Positions 1 to 10,066 of a stretch of 64,000 nt of DNA are shown piece by piece. The stretch lies in IMG/VR virus record IMGVR_UViG_3300030376_006242. One strand, given 5' to 3'. The notes under the pieces were generated by a model. The model searched no databases. It was given only the letters and a program-made list of their open reading frames with translations, and was not told the origin of the DNA. Origin of the DNA: a virus (taxonomy: Duplodnaviria > Caudoviricetes). Numbering within the stretch: position 1 is the first letter of the stretch; every line of letters begins with the position of its first letter. The position numbers and the translations under genes were made by a program.

Positions 1-94
1 ATTCATCTTTTAAAATGCCTTCAGTCACCAATTCATTTGCGTCATAACTGGATCTCAATAACGGAAAGTAATCAAATACAAGTTTCTTTTTCAT
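1..94 (-). CDS. Hypothetical protein, 5' part only (runs off window start)
   Basis: Read manually: ATG at 94-92 overlaps the upstream TGA (ATGA); MKKKLVFDYFPLLRSSYDANELVTEGILKDE, open to the window edge. Confidence 0.6.
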   Translation of the reverse strand, partial: MKKKLVFDYFPLLRSSYDANELVTEGILKDE

Positions 95-204
95 AATATA
101 TCAAATGTTCCTAGTATCATACAAACTAATACATATATTAGGTAGCCTAATAGTAGATAGCCAACAATTCTTTCGGGCCAACTAAAAATATTCTTTTGTT
201 TCAT
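91..204 (-). CDS. Small 37-aa single-pass membrane protein
   Basis: Not in ORF track; MKQKNIFSWPERIVGYLLLGYLIYVLVCMILGTFDIL; fills the gap between neighbours exactly; hydrophobic core. Confidence 0.55.
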   Translation of the reverse strand: MKQKNIFSWPERIVGYLLLGYLIYVLVCMILGTFDIL

Positions 205-205
205 A

Positions 206-754
206 TTATCCCCATATGTTAAAAATATATTTAGGCACTAAACCAGCATTTGATCCAGCATGGTAACTTGTACGGCTGGGCCATTTATACACCGCACCTT
301 GTTCAATGTTATACAGACAAGTATCTTCAACAATTAAAGTATGTCCTGGCTCTGGTGGAGATATGTGGCAATGATAACGCACAATATCCTTGTTTGCTTC
401 TAATGTTTGCTCATCATCAGTTACGTCCCAATGCCAAGGAGCAACATCTCCAGGTTTAACTCTACTAATCCAACAATTCATATAATCTTTCATGCCAACA
501 AAACGGCAAAAATCGTCTGCTATGGACTTATCAAAATTCTTTTCTGGAAGATACATATCCCAACTGGCATTGCCGCCTTCATTTTTCATTTTGTAGCCTG
601 CGTCTCTTAAAGGTTTAGCAACTTCTTCAACGCCTGGCACATCATGTCCTACATCGTGTCTTGGACCTACATAAGCAGACTGTTGAACTTCTAATTTGCT
701 AATAAGTGATGTCCAATCTATTAGGTTATTACAATTACCTATGTACTCAAGCAT
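206..754 (-). CDS. Fe(II)/2OG-dependent cupin oxygenase (Asp/Asn beta-hydroxylase-like)
   Basis: HxD...H triad (PWHWD ... SYHAGSN); 'ISRVKPGDVAPWH' typical of this fold. Confidence 0.65.
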   Translation of the reverse strand: MLEYIGNCNNLIDWTSLISKLEVQQSAYVGPRHDVGHDVPGVEEVAKPLRDAGYKMKNEGGNASWDMYLPEKNFDKSIADDFCRFVGMKDYMNCWISRVKPGDVAPWHWDVTDDEQTLEANKDIVRYHCHISPPEPGHTLIVEDTCLYNIEQGAVYKWPSRTSYHAGSNAGLVPKYIFNIWG

Positions 755-1373
755 TTAAAAAATCTCCCGGCCATTCGCCATAGTTAGTTTTAATTGTTTC
801 ATTGTATAATTCATGTGTGTCTAATTGATCGTTTACTATAAATTTATCAAATCTGTCATTACGAATGAGAGGTTTTATTTTCTTAACATCTAAATATTTT
901 GAATTAATGTCCGTGCAACCATATAAATCCATTATGTGTGCGTTATCTTCATCATCAAAGTAAAAGGTGTGCGGGTACATATTAATTTTGTATGTGTTAT
1001 CCTTTTCTAAATCATCTTTTATTGACTTAATTTTGTCTTGCCAGTTTGGAATACTATCAATTTGTTTTGTTTCAAGTAACCAATGTAAACTTTTGTCATA
1101 CCAGCGAAAGGTAATCTTTCTTTTTTTGTAATCTATATCAATAACTTCAGGAATATATTTTTTATTTTTTAAAATGAACAAATACATCACTTCTCGACTA
1201 AACCAGTAGTTGTAAAGTTCATCTGTCATTTCTGTGTTCTCAAAATATGCGTTAGGGTTCCAGTTCATACAAAAAATTTTTTTGTCGTTGCTAACAAGAG
1301 GTTCGTAAAGCATATTCGTCACAGCGAGACCTCCTTTAAATTTGTAAAAATTATTCCAATCAGGCATATACAA
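747..1373 (-). CDS. Protein-kinase-like fold protein (divergent)
   Basis: 'FSREVMYL..L...YIPEVIDID', catalytic-loop-like KINMYPHTF and DFG-like 'IMDLYG'. Confidence 0.4.
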   Translation of the reverse strand: MYMPDWNNFYKFKGGLAVTNMLYEPLVSNDKKIFCMNWNPNAYFENTEMTDELYNYWFSREVMYLFILKNKKYIPEVIDIDYKKRKITFRWYDKSLHWLLETKQIDSIPNWQDKIKSIKDDLEKDNTYKINMYPHTFYFDDEDNAHIMDLYGCTDINSKYLDVKKIKPLIRNDRFDKFIVNDQLDTHELYNETIKTNYGEWPGDFLNA

Positions 1374-2034
1374 TATCTATTTTAAATCCACATATCTGTT
1401 GCATCTTCAACAATTCATTTATTTTCGATCCTTCACATAAAAATTTTATTTTTGTGTCATTTATTCTAGCAAATGAATCAATTTGTTTTTCTTTTGCCAT
1501 TTTATTAAGCAAAATTGAAAATGAACTATCAAAAAGATATCTTAAATTGTACACAGGGTCTGTTGATGTCATCACGACTTGTCTTGGATCGTTCATCATG
1601 GTGTTATGTTGTAATCTTTTACGAATCACTAATTGGTACCTATTCTTATATCCATAATTTGAGGCTGAATGAAGCAGTCCTGCGTTCATTAGATACACTG
1701 TGTTGTCAGGTTTGGTGGCATACATCATTTCATTTTCAATATCATGTAGAAAACTTTGTTCAGCATCTAGTGTAATATGATATCTATCATCTATATCAGC
1801 ATGAGCGGAATAACTTTGACCAGGTTTCATTATAATTACTCTTGCTTCACCATGATCAGGCAACTGTTTTAATAAATCTTCAATGGCTGTGCCTTTGTAT
1901 TCTGGTAATACTTCCCAAGCATCATAGAAAAAATTTCCTGTTGGTCGATTTAAAACATTTTTTCCTTCTGGTAAATGCTTTACTAAATCAAACAATATTT
2001 TGGAATCTGTTTTGGTATCTAATTTTTGTAACAT
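1360..2034 (-). CDS. Asp/Asn beta-hydroxylase-like cupin oxygenase
   Basis: 'MKPGQSYSAHADIDDRYH ... LLHSASN..RYQLV'; start moved to ATG 2034 (MLQKLD) because the longer ORF overlaps the divergent promoter region. Confidence 0.7.
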   Translation of the reverse strand: MLQKLDTKTDSKILFDLVKHLPEGKNVLNRPTGNFFYDAWEVLPEYKGTAIEDLLKQLPDHGEARVIIMKPGQSYSAHADIDDRYHITLDAEQSFLHDIENEMMYATKPDNTVYLMNAGLLHSASNYGYKNRYQLVIRKRLQHNTMMNDPRQVVMTSTDPVYNLRYLFDSSFSILLNKMAKEKQIDSFARINDTKIKFLCEGSKINELLKMQQICGFKIDIVYA

Positions 2035-2041
2035 TATGTTG

Positions 2042-2085
2042 TACTTATCGCTAATTATAATGTGCGTAGTTAATAGCGATAAATA
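2042..2085. promoter_or_regulatory. Back-to-back late promoters (TAAGTA minus, TAAATA plus) in an inverted repeat with a central 16-bp dyad element
   Basis: TACTTATCGCTA (2042-2053) vs TAGCGATAAATA (2074-2085) is an 11/12 inverted repeat; centre TAATGTGCGTAGTTAA 2058-2073. Confidence 0.65.
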
Positions 2086-2098
2086 ATAATGTCCATAT

Positions 2099-2905
2099 AT
2101 GCCAAAATTAGAAAACATAAAGTCTCTATACCAATCTAGTGCCTATCGTGATATTCTTCACGACATAAATGGCGTAGTATTTCCATTTGATACGCAATGG
2201 AAAAATATTGGTATAAGTGTAAGTGGTGGTGCCGACAGTGCTTTAATGAGTGTGCTGTTGTGTAGTATAATTTCTCAAACGAATTCTAAAACAAATGTTC
2301 ATATTATCACAAACACAAGATGTTGGAAAACAAGACCTTGGCAAAGACACAACAGTTTAGAAGTATTTGCTTGGCTTACAAATGCTTTTCCTAAAATACA
2401 ATTCAAAAGACACGAAAATTTTATTGCTCCAGATTTAGAATGGGGTTCAAAAGGTCCTAACATTGTGGATGAATATGGAAAACTTAAAAGCGGTAATCAA
2501 ATAGAATTAAGAGCACACGCAGAATATGTGGCTCATACAGAAAAATTGGATGCTTGGTACTGTGGTGTAACCAAGAATCCTGATAAAGAATTTGACGGTC
2601 GTCTAATGGATCGAGACATCGAAGATGCTACATTAGACCGATTGATCAAAACACACATGGGCGGCTTGGCTTGTCACCCTTTCACATATGTACAAAAAGA
2701 TTGGATAGTTGCTCAATTCAAGAAATTAGGCATAATGGACCTATTCAGTCTTACACGCAGTTGTGAAGGTGACAATGAAACATATCCTGAAGTCTTTGGC
2801 GACTTAGACTACAAGACATATGTGCCAGGCACGCCTGTGCCAGTGTGTGGCAAATGTTTTTGGTGTAAAGAAAGAGAATGGGGAGTAAGCAAATGTCAAG
2901 ATTAA
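2099..2905 (+). CDS. QueC-like PP-loop ATPase (7-cyano-7-deazaguanine synthase-like)
   Basis: PP-loop SVSGGADS; C-terminal Zn-site 'TRSCE ... CGKCFWCKER'. Confidence 0.65.
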   Translation: MPKLENIKSLYQSSAYRDILHDINGVVFPFDTQWKNIGISVSGGADSALMSVLLCSIISQTNSKTNVHIITNTRCWKTRPWQRHNSLEVFAWLTNAFPKIQFKRHENFIAPDLEWGSKGPNIVDEYGKLKSGNQIELRAHAEYVAHTEKLDAWYCGVTKNPDKEFDGRLMDRDIEDATLDRLIKTHMGGLACHPFTYVQKDWIVAQFKKLGIMDLFSLTRSCEGDNETYPEVFGDLDYKTYVPGTPVPVCGKCFWCKEREWGVSKCQD

Positions 2906-3516
2906 TAACTTTCGGATGTTCATATGCTTATGGTACAGGATTACCTGACTGTAATAATTGGATGTTCAATAAGTTACACAATTTAAAACCTAGCAAAATG
3001 GGTTGGGCATCGTTATTGGCAAACAAACTTAAAGTGGATTGTGTCAATGAATCTTTTCCTGGTTCAAGCAATACTGAAATACTTTACAATGTTTTAAAAT
3101 TTAATTACCAACCAGATGATATTGTGGTTGTGATGTGGACACACTTTGTAAGAGATATGTTGTTTAACTTTCCTCATAAATTTCCTTTCTTTAGAGATAG
3201 ATTAGGCCCATGGGCCAAAACACATCAAGAACGCAAATGGGCAGAATATTTGAGTGAAAAAGATTACGCAATGAAAAGTTGGTTGAACATACAACACGCA
3301 GATTTACATCTACAGAAACAAAATGTACATTACATTCACTATCCTGCTACACCTGAAGAATTAGATAAACATAGATTAGATTTCATTCAAGTAGAAAATT
3401 ATCACAGTGATGGCATCGTGTATATAGACAAAGCAACAGATGATATGCACCCGGGTGTAAAATCAAATCAATTGTTGTGCGATACAATGCATAGGAGATT
3501 ATATGTCAGACCATAA
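2893..3516 (+). CDS. SGNH/GDSL hydrolase-like protein (acyl-esterase/transferase)
   Basis: Block I TFGCSYAYG, block II 'GSSN', block V DDMHPG; GGGAG upstream of ATG 2893. Confidence 0.65.
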   Translation: MSRLITFGCSYAYGTGLPDCNNWMFNKLHNLKPSKMGWASLLANKLKVDCVNESFPGSSNTEILYNVLKFNYQPDDIVVVMWTHFVRDMLFNFPHKFPFFRDRLGPWAKTHQERKWAEYLSEKDYAMKSWLNIQHADLHLQKQNVHYIHYPATPEELDKHRLDFIQVENYHSDGIVYIDKATDDMHPGVKSNQLLCDTMHRRLYVRP

Positions 3517-4921
3517 CGAATATTGGCAAAATCCAGAAGATACCCAGTTGGGTAAATGGCAAAAGGAACTGCAATCAGTCTCTGGCAGTTCTACATTTTG
3601 TATTCTTCCATGGATACACTTTGCTACTAGACCCAATGGTGATATGCGACTGTGCTGTTCAGCGAACGCCAGCGGCGCTGGTTCCGATCACGAAGTTGGA
3701 ATTATAAAGAAAGAAGATGGAACTCCAGCAAACTTTGGAAAAGATACTCCTATGAGTGCTTGGAATAATGAGTATATGAAAAGTGTGAGAACAACTATGA
3801 TGGCTGGTAACATACCTGCTAGTTGTCGTAAATGTTTTGAAGAAGAAAAAGTTGGTGTTGTATCGAAACGTATATGGGAAACAGGCACATGGTACAAAGA
3901 CGGTGTAGATATTCCTGAATTGTTGAGACAAACAAAAGAAGATGGCACTGTGCCAGAAGAACTTATGTATTTGGACCTACGTTTAGGACATACTTGTAAT
4001 ATAAAGTGTGTGATGTGTTCACCACATGACAGTTCTAAATGGGTAAAAGATTGGCAAACATTAATGCCACAGTTGGAAAATAAAGATGTAAAAGATCAAC
4101 TTCAATGGAATAAAAAAGAATTCAACAACAAGTGGCATGAAAAAGAAACATTCTGGCAAGAAATGTACAAGCAAATACCAAACTTAAAGCAAGTGTATTT
4201 TGCTGGTGGTGAACCTTTAATGATAAAAGAACACAAACAATTTATTGAAGAAATTATTAGACAAGGCTATCAAGACAAAATATTGTTGCGTTATAATTCA
4301 AATGGTATATTAGTTGATGAAGATTTAATTGATCTATGGAGTAAATTTAAGAAAGTTAAGTTTGCTGTTAGCATGGACGCAATGGGCAAACGTGATGAGT
4401 ACATACGTTTTCCAACCAATTGGGAAACTGTGGAAAAAAATTTACATATGTTGGACAACACTCCAGACAATATACAAACCAGTTTGGCAACTGCTATACA
4501 AATTTTTAATGTTAAACACCTACCAGACTTTATGAAATGGAAAGTACAAAGTGGATTCAAAAAATTAAACGCAGGCACTGTGCCTGGAGGAGTGCAGATG
4601 GGTGGCGGACTTGTTAATATGCACTTGCTGTACATACCAACTTTTTTAAGCATACAGATACTGCCTAAAGAAGACAAACAAGAAGTTGAACAAAGATTTA
4701 TGGAGTTTAAAGATTGGCTGTGGCACAACTACAGACAAGATGATGAGTATTGGAAACATAACCCATACGGTTGGCGTCGTTGGGGTGCAGTAATTAAACA
4801 CATGAATCAAAAAGATCACAGCAATCTACTTCCAGGCTTTAAAGAGTATGTAAATAAATTAGATGCTATAAGAGGAGTTGATGCTAAAACAATATTTCCG
4901 GAGTTGAAACATTTATTATGA
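3503..4921 (+). CDS. Radical SAM protein with N-terminal twitch/SPASM domain
   Basis: CNIKCVMC; AGGEPL; N-terminal CILPW..NGDMRLCC...CRKC. Confidence 0.9.
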   Translation: MSDHNEYWQNPEDTQLGKWQKELQSVSGSSTFCILPWIHFATRPNGDMRLCCSANASGAGSDHEVGIIKKEDGTPANFGKDTPMSAWNNEYMKSVRTTMMAGNIPASCRKCFEEEKVGVVSKRIWETGTWYKDGVDIPELLRQTKEDGTVPEELMYLDLRLGHTCNIKCVMCSPHDSSKWVKDWQTLMPQLENKDVKDQLQWNKKEFNNKWHEKETFWQEMYKQIPNLKQVYFAGGEPLMIKEHKQFIEEIIRQGYQDKILLRYNSNGILVDEDLIDLWSKFKKVKFAVSMDAMGKRDEYIRFPTNWETVEKNLHMLDNTPDNIQTSLATAIQIFNVKHLPDFMKWKVQSGFKKLNAGTVPGGVQMGGGLVNMHLLYIPTFLSIQILPKEDKQEVEQRFMEFKDWLWHNYRQDDEYWKHNPYGWRRWGAVIKHMNQKDHSNLLPGFKEYVNKLDAIRGVDAKTIFPELKHLL

Positions 4922-5880
4922 ACATAGTACAAGTATGGAACCCACAACCTAAAGAAGTGTTGCGTATCGAATTTATGATTGGTAATACCTGTAATTTCTC
5001 TTGTTGGTATTGCTTTGAAGGATCGCATGAAGGTACTCATAGATGGACTGATGATATGGATCAGTTGGTATTAAATTTCAAACACCTATTTGAAAAATAT
5101 AAAGCAATTGGCAAAACTAAACTTGAATTACACATTGTGGGAGGAGAACCAACACTGTGGCCCAAGTTAGGAGTATTTGTAACTGAAATAAGAAAAATGA
5201 TTCCATCTTATATCACTATCAGTTCAAACGGCAGTAGAACAGTTAGGTGGTGGCGCAAATATGGGCAAGTGTTTGATAAAATTTTATTAAGTGCTCATTG
5301 GAAACAGTGCGACATACCACACTTTATTGAAGTAGCAGATACACTGCATGAACTGGATAGAAGTCCTAACGCCATGGTTTTAATGGATCCTACACAATGG
5401 GACGTTTGCTTAGGCATGATTGAAAAATTTAAACAAAGCAAATACGATTGGTTTATAAGTGCTATGGAAGTTATGCATAGAACAATTAATTACACAGAAG
5501 AACAAAAAGCATTCGTTGCCAAACCTACAAAAAGAAGACCTAGTCTATGGCATTTGTGGACACACAGGAAACATTTGAAAAGTGAACCCACTATACAGTT
5601 TGAGGATGGGTCCAAGAAAAAAGTAAATCGTAATTGGATAGTATTAAACAAGCAGAATGACTTCAGAGGTTGGATGTGTAATATAGGCGTTGACAGTATG
5701 ATGATTGATCCTGCAGGATTAATTACAAGTGCTTGTAGAACTAAACTGTTTGAAAATTACAACATATACGATCCGGACTTTGTAACTAAATTTAATCCTG
5801 ATATAAAACCTAAAATTTGTGACAAACGCAACACTTGTATGTGTCAGCCAGAAAGTTTATTAGACAAATTTAAGATTTAG
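4918..5880 (+). CDS. Radical SAM protein with C-terminal twitch-type Cys cluster
   Basis: CNFSCWYC; GGEPT; SNG; C-terminal CNIG..C..C..CMC. Confidence 0.88.
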   Translation: MNIVQVWNPQPKEVLRIEFMIGNTCNFSCWYCFEGSHEGTHRWTDDMDQLVLNFKHLFEKYKAIGKTKLELHIVGGEPTLWPKLGVFVTEIRKMIPSYITISSNGSRTVRWWRKYGQVFDKILLSAHWKQCDIPHFIEVADTLHELDRSPNAMVLMDPTQWDVCLGMIEKFKQSKYDWFISAMEVMHRTINYTEEQKAFVAKPTKRRPSLWHLWTHRKHLKSEPTIQFEDGSKKKVNRNWIVLNKQNDFRGWMCNIGVDSMMIDPAGLITSACRTKLFENYNIYDPDFVTKFNPDIKPKICDKRNTCMCQPESLLDKFKI

Positions 5881-6784
5881 TTTTAGTGATGTTTATGTCT
5901 GCGGCACACGTACACCAATCTCTTGTGCAGTCAATTGGCTCAGTTGGTTTATTAAAAGTTCCTTCGTAAATATTTCCTAAACTACCACCCACTCTACAAG
6001 TTGCTCTGTGTACATCACCGTCCCAATTAATCATTAAACTTTCAAGTCCTGCATTGCATTTCCAACCTTTAAATTGATTTGTTTTTTGGATTAACATATC
6101 ATTAACATTGCAAGTTTTTGGTCCATTATCTATCAAAACATTGTGTGGTGGATTATGGTTTTCCAATTTCAAAAAATCTATTTCCTCTGGTGAATATCTA
6201 TTCATGTCTTCAAAAATATCATGTGTTTTTGTCCAACGAATTGGTCGCAAAGCAAACTTTATTTCTTCCTCAGAAAGGTGTCTACAAACGTCTCTGACGT
6301 CGTATAAACGTCCTGGAAGCATCATTACGTGTACAAGTATATTTTTGTTTTTCGACCCTTGTGCGGCCCTTAAAATTGAATTCAACACCTTTTGGTAATC
6401 GTATTCAAAGTGTAAACTGAATACCAAATGGTCTACCAAATTGTCTAATAGATGTGTATAATATTTGCCAGTTCTTGTTCCATTTGTTGTAACATTAAGC
6501 CAACTTACTTTTGGTCTTGCGTATTCTAACAGTTGTAAAAATTTTGGATGTACACAAGGTTCACCTCCAGTAAAACTAATTCTGACTTTGGTTCTTAAAT
6601 CTGGCACTGATGCCACTAAAGAATCAACAGCATTTTTTAAAATTTTAATATCTGTGTGTTTACTGGTATTGTCATGTATTTCTGCAGGACAGTAAGAGCA
6701 ATCATAATTACATCTTTTGCCAAGATTCCATTCTACTTTTACACTTTCTTGTACGTGTTTGTATAGATGTTCAACTCTAAACAT
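5870..6784 (-). CDS. Radical SAM protein with C-terminal twitch-type Cys cluster
   Basis: CNYDCSYC; TGGEP; TTNG; CNAG..C..CTRDWCTC; start at ATG 6784 coupled to the upstream stop. Confidence 0.9.
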   Translation of the reverse strand: MFRVEHLYKHVQESVKVEWNLGKRCNYDCSYCPAEIHDNTSKHTDIKILKNAVDSLVASVPDLRTKVRISFTGGEPCVHPKFLQLLEYARPKVSWLNVTTNGTRTGKYYTHLLDNLVDHLVFSLHFEYDYQKVLNSILRAAQGSKNKNILVHVMMLPGRLYDVRDVCRHLSEEEIKFALRPIRWTKTHDIFEDMNRYSPEEIDFLKLENHNPPHNVLIDNGPKTCNVNDMLIQKTNQFKGWKCNAGLESLMINWDGDVHRATCRVGGSLGNIYEGTFNKPTEPIDCTRDWCTCAADINITKTKS

Positions 6785-8051
6785 AATCAGCAAACTCCGG
6801 ATTAATTTTTTCGAATGGTCCTTGGTTTCTTGACATATCAAGTTTTCTATTAAAATCTATACAATCGTTCCAATGTTCATGTAGATCTCTTGCTTGTAAA
6901 AAATTAATGTTATCTTGAATTTGTTGAAGTGTAATCTTTTCTAGCACAGGATGTTTTTTAACAATTTCATAATCCTTAACCTTACTTTTCATTGCTTCTA
7001 ATTTTACAACCACTGCTTGTTTCAAATCTTCAGGTAAAACTTGTGCCGATAAGGCTCTTGGATAATTTACTCTATGACTGTAAAATACAATCTGCATATC
7101 CTTTAGAAAGTAATCAATTACTTTGTCTATTTGTAATATGTTGTTGGCTTGTACTGTGAATGCTCCTACAATACGACTTACTGTTGGTATCTTTTTCATT
7201 TCTTTTATGTTGTATTCAACTTCAGAAAACTTGCCATTACCTCTGATATATTCATATGTGTCGTGTAAACCATCTATACTTACATTCACAGCAACACTTT
7301 TAAACTTGGGCCAATACTCATGAACTGTTCTGCCACCTTTTATACCTAGTGTTGTGCCGTTTGTAGCATATTTTATTTCTATATTTTTACCGTTTTTAGA
7401 AAGTAAATCTAAAATTTTATAGTGTGAAGGATCCATAAGTGGTTCTCCTCCTGCGAATTCAACACGTCTGAAATAAGGTAAAAGTTTTTCTAAGTTTTCC
7501 CAGAAATGCATTTTGTCTTCAAACAAACCTACATATGGTGCTCTTTCTAATCCTAGACCTTTTACTGCGTCTACAAGATAATTGCCTTCTTTTTCATAGT
7601 GAGATACAATACTGCCCCAATCTTTCCATTGTGTACTGTCTAAAGGGTTACACATTCTACATTTAAGATTACAAAGATTGTTTATTTTAATCTCCATTGT
7701 GGGTAATTCAAAAGGCATTGTGTAATCGTTTTGTAAACTATCCAACGCATTTGGATACAAATTGCTTCTTGATTCTGGTGAAGAATCTGTGATGTGTCTT
7801 TGTCTTAGACTTTGTACTCCTTGATCTTCTAAATCAAAACAAGGTTGACACACATCAGGTCTTTCGTCATTTAATACTTGCCGTCTTACTTCTTTCATAG
7901 CATCTGAGTTCCATGCTTCTTCCAAACTCATATCTTTTATATTAGCAATAGGAAGACTACGGCAACATACTTTTATTGCTCCATCTTCTCTAGTAGCCAA
8001 CCCTGTAAAAGGATGCATACAAAAAGTACAACTGCTTTTATTCTTCTTCAT
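6777..8051 (-). CDS. Radical SAM protein with N-terminal twitch/SPASM domain
   Basis: CNLKCRMC; AGGEPL; N-terminal CMHPF..VCC...CQPC; likely start ATG 8051. Confidence 0.9.
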   Translation of the reverse strand: MKKNKSSCTFCMHPFTGLATREDGAIKVCCRSLPIANIKDMSLEEAWNSDAMKEVRRQVLNDERPDVCQPCFDLEDQGVQSLRQRHITDSSPESRSNLYPNALDSLQNDYTMPFELPTMEIKINNLCNLKCRMCNPLDSTQWKDWGSIVSHYEKEGNYLVDAVKGLGLERAPYVGLFEDKMHFWENLEKLLPYFRRVEFAGGEPLMDPSHYKILDLLSKNGKNIEIKYATNGTTLGIKGGRTVHEYWPKFKSVAVNVSIDGLHDTYEYIRGNGKFSEVEYNIKEMKKIPTVSRIVGAFTVQANNILQIDKVIDYFLKDMQIVFYSHRVNYPRALSAQVLPEDLKQAVVVKLEAMKSKVKDYEIVKKHPVLEKITLQQIQDNINFLQARDLHEHWNDCIDFNRKLDMSRNQGPFEKINPEFADYV

Positions 8052-9423
8052 CTTCCTCCCATGGGTCTTTAGGATTTCTCCACTCTTTACCAAAACGCCA
8101 CATTGGTGCTTTTAATGTTTCAATATCAACTTCATAAAAGTCTTTTACAGGACCTGCGTCTATGTCATAGTTTACAAATCCAGTCCAGGCGTGTTGTGAT
8201 ACAATTAATTGAATTTTGTTATATTTTTCTTTAAGTAGTTTAAGCAATTGATTTTGTTTAAACACTCTTTGTTTTGTTGGAACAAAAGGCACAGTTGGCT
8301 CATATGCGAAAATATTACTAATGTTGAATACAACATTTCTATCGTTTATAGGCTTGATAGTAAATTCATTTAACAGATCACACTCTACAAATTTAAATTT
8401 TACCTTATCTTTAATGTGCCATAACCTGCTTACAGTTTCAAAGTATTCAGCAATTTCTAATTTAGAATTTAACCAGTCTGGTGTTTTATGTCTATTTTTT
8501 GTTTTTAAAAACTTGTGATAATCACCGCCATCAAATTCTTTAATTGTTTGCTCCATATAATATAAAGCATTAGGATTGTAATCATAAAATACAACTTCAG
8601 TTTCTTGGTCATATCCATGTTTATCTAAATACTTTAACCAATTGAAGCCACTAGCAGGTGTGATTAACTGTTTTAGAATTCCTGTTTGTACAGACTGAAG
8701 TTCTTCTGTGTTAATTGGATAAAACAATCTATTGGCACTTTGATTGTATTTTTTAAAAATTTGTTTGCTGTTTTCATTAAAGTCTGTTTCATGTACAGCA
8801 TAATAACATTTTTTACTAATTCTTAAATCTTCATCAAACACTATTATTTTTTCTTTGTTGTCTAAAGCAACTCTGATAATATTCCATCCATGCCATTTGT
8901 GTTTATATGTTTTGCTTTCATTTCCTGGCTTAACCCATAGTGGTGTATAATCATCGTGAAAGTTTTCATCACTTCTTATTGGTTCAGTTGTAAAATGTTC
9001 TGAATTTCTTTTTAATTCACCTATTTCAGGTAATTCATATTCTTTATGCTTTTTAAGATTAATTACATAGCATTGTTCATGCAGTTCATAATAACCCTCT
9101 TTCCTATCAAGTATGTGTCCTGCTATATAAAAGTCTTCTTTAATTAATTTCTGTAGATGTTTAAAGAATGATTCACCTTGAAACTCTGTATCAGGAGTAA
9201 ACACAACAGCATAATCATATTTGTCTGCTATCTTACTCAATGTTGTATCTTCAGATATAGATACTAAAACATCATATCCCATAGTGTTTAAATTCCCAAT
9301 CTGATATTCAGCAATATTTTGTATTAATTCTTTAGCAGAATTATTTTTTATTGCGTGAAAATTACTTTCAAGAATAAAGACTATATTGTGTTTTTTGTTC
9401 TGTGCATCATATTGAAATGCCAT
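8038..9423 (-). CDS. Hypothetical two-domain protein (possible transferase; C-terminal Rossmann/SAM-binding-like)
   Basis: 461-aa ORF overlapping both neighbours; 'VVFYDYNPNAL' and 'FKFVECDLL' resemble class I MTase motifs. Confidence 0.45.
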   Translation of the reverse strand: MAFQYDAQNKKHNIVFILESNFHAIKNNSAKELIQNIAEYQIGNLNTMGYDVLVSISEDTTLSKIADKYDYAVVFTPDTEFQGESFFKHLQKLIKEDFYIAGHILDRKEGYYELHEQCYVINLKKHKEYELPEIGELKRNSEHFTTEPIRSDENFHDDYTPLWVKPGNESKTYKHKWHGWNIIRVALDNKEKIIVFDEDLRISKKCYYAVHETDFNENSKQIFKKYNQSANRLFYPINTEELQSVQTGILKQLITPASGFNWLKYLDKHGYDQETEVVFYDYNPNALYYMEQTIKEFDGGDYHKFLKTKNRHKTPDWLNSKLEIAEYFETVSRLWHIKDKVKFKFVECDLLNEFTIKPINDRNVVFNISNIFAYEPTVPFVPTKQRVFKQNQLLKLLKEKYNKIQLIVSQHAWTGFVNYDIDAGPVKDFYEVDIETLKAPMWRFGKEWRNPKDPWEEDEEE

Positions 9424-10066
9424 ATTTTTTAATACTCCTATCTAATAGTTCGTTAAATTGTTCTCTTTTATTGCCTATGTGTGCTTGAGCAATCATGTGT
9501 ATTCTATCAACATTAGAATTGTTTACCACTTGATGATCTTTCAATATATTAATTAAAAATACTTTGCCATGTCCAAAAGGAACTAATCCATGATCTTTCA
9601 CTTCCATATAACATAGAGCAGGATGTTGAACAGCAACATTTATTGGAATAAGATAATCACATAAATCTTCTGGAAGTTCGTGACCAGGATGGTCATTATG
9701 CCAATCTATTTTTCCATAACTTTTTAATTTCATAAATCTTACTCTACTGTATCTTTCAGCAGGAAATTTGTCCCAAAACATTTTTACTGCTGGCGTTATT
9801 TCCGCAAGTTTAGTCCAACTGTATGGAGCATTTAGTTCATCGGTATAACCATATTCTTTTGCCACCTGTGTCTTGTCAATGCCTAATCCATGTAAACAAC
9901 AACTGCTCCATCCAATGTGTGATTCATTTTCTCTATGATCCACATAGTATTTTTCTACTTTATTAAATTCATTAGGGTCAATATAAGGACCAAAATTAAT
10001 ATCTAATTCAAGCCACGGCAATGTGCCGTCTTTAAACTTATTAAAAATTTTAGTTGATAAGTCCAT
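9407..10066 (-). CDS. Asp/Asn beta-hydroxylase-like cupin oxygenase
   Basis: 'RVRFMKL...IDWHND ... HQVVNNSNVDRIHMI'. Confidence 0.75.
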   Translation of the reverse strand: MDLSTKIFNKFKDGTLPWLELDINFGPYIDPNEFNKVEKYYVDHRENESHIGWSSCCLHGLGIDKTQVAKEYGYTDELNAPYSWTKLAEITPAVKMFWDKFPAERYSRVRFMKLKSYGKIDWHNDHPGHELPEDLCDYLIPINVAVQHPALCYMEVKDHGLVPFGHGKVFLINILKDHQVVNNSNVDRIHMIAQAHIGNKREQFNELLDRSIKKYGISI

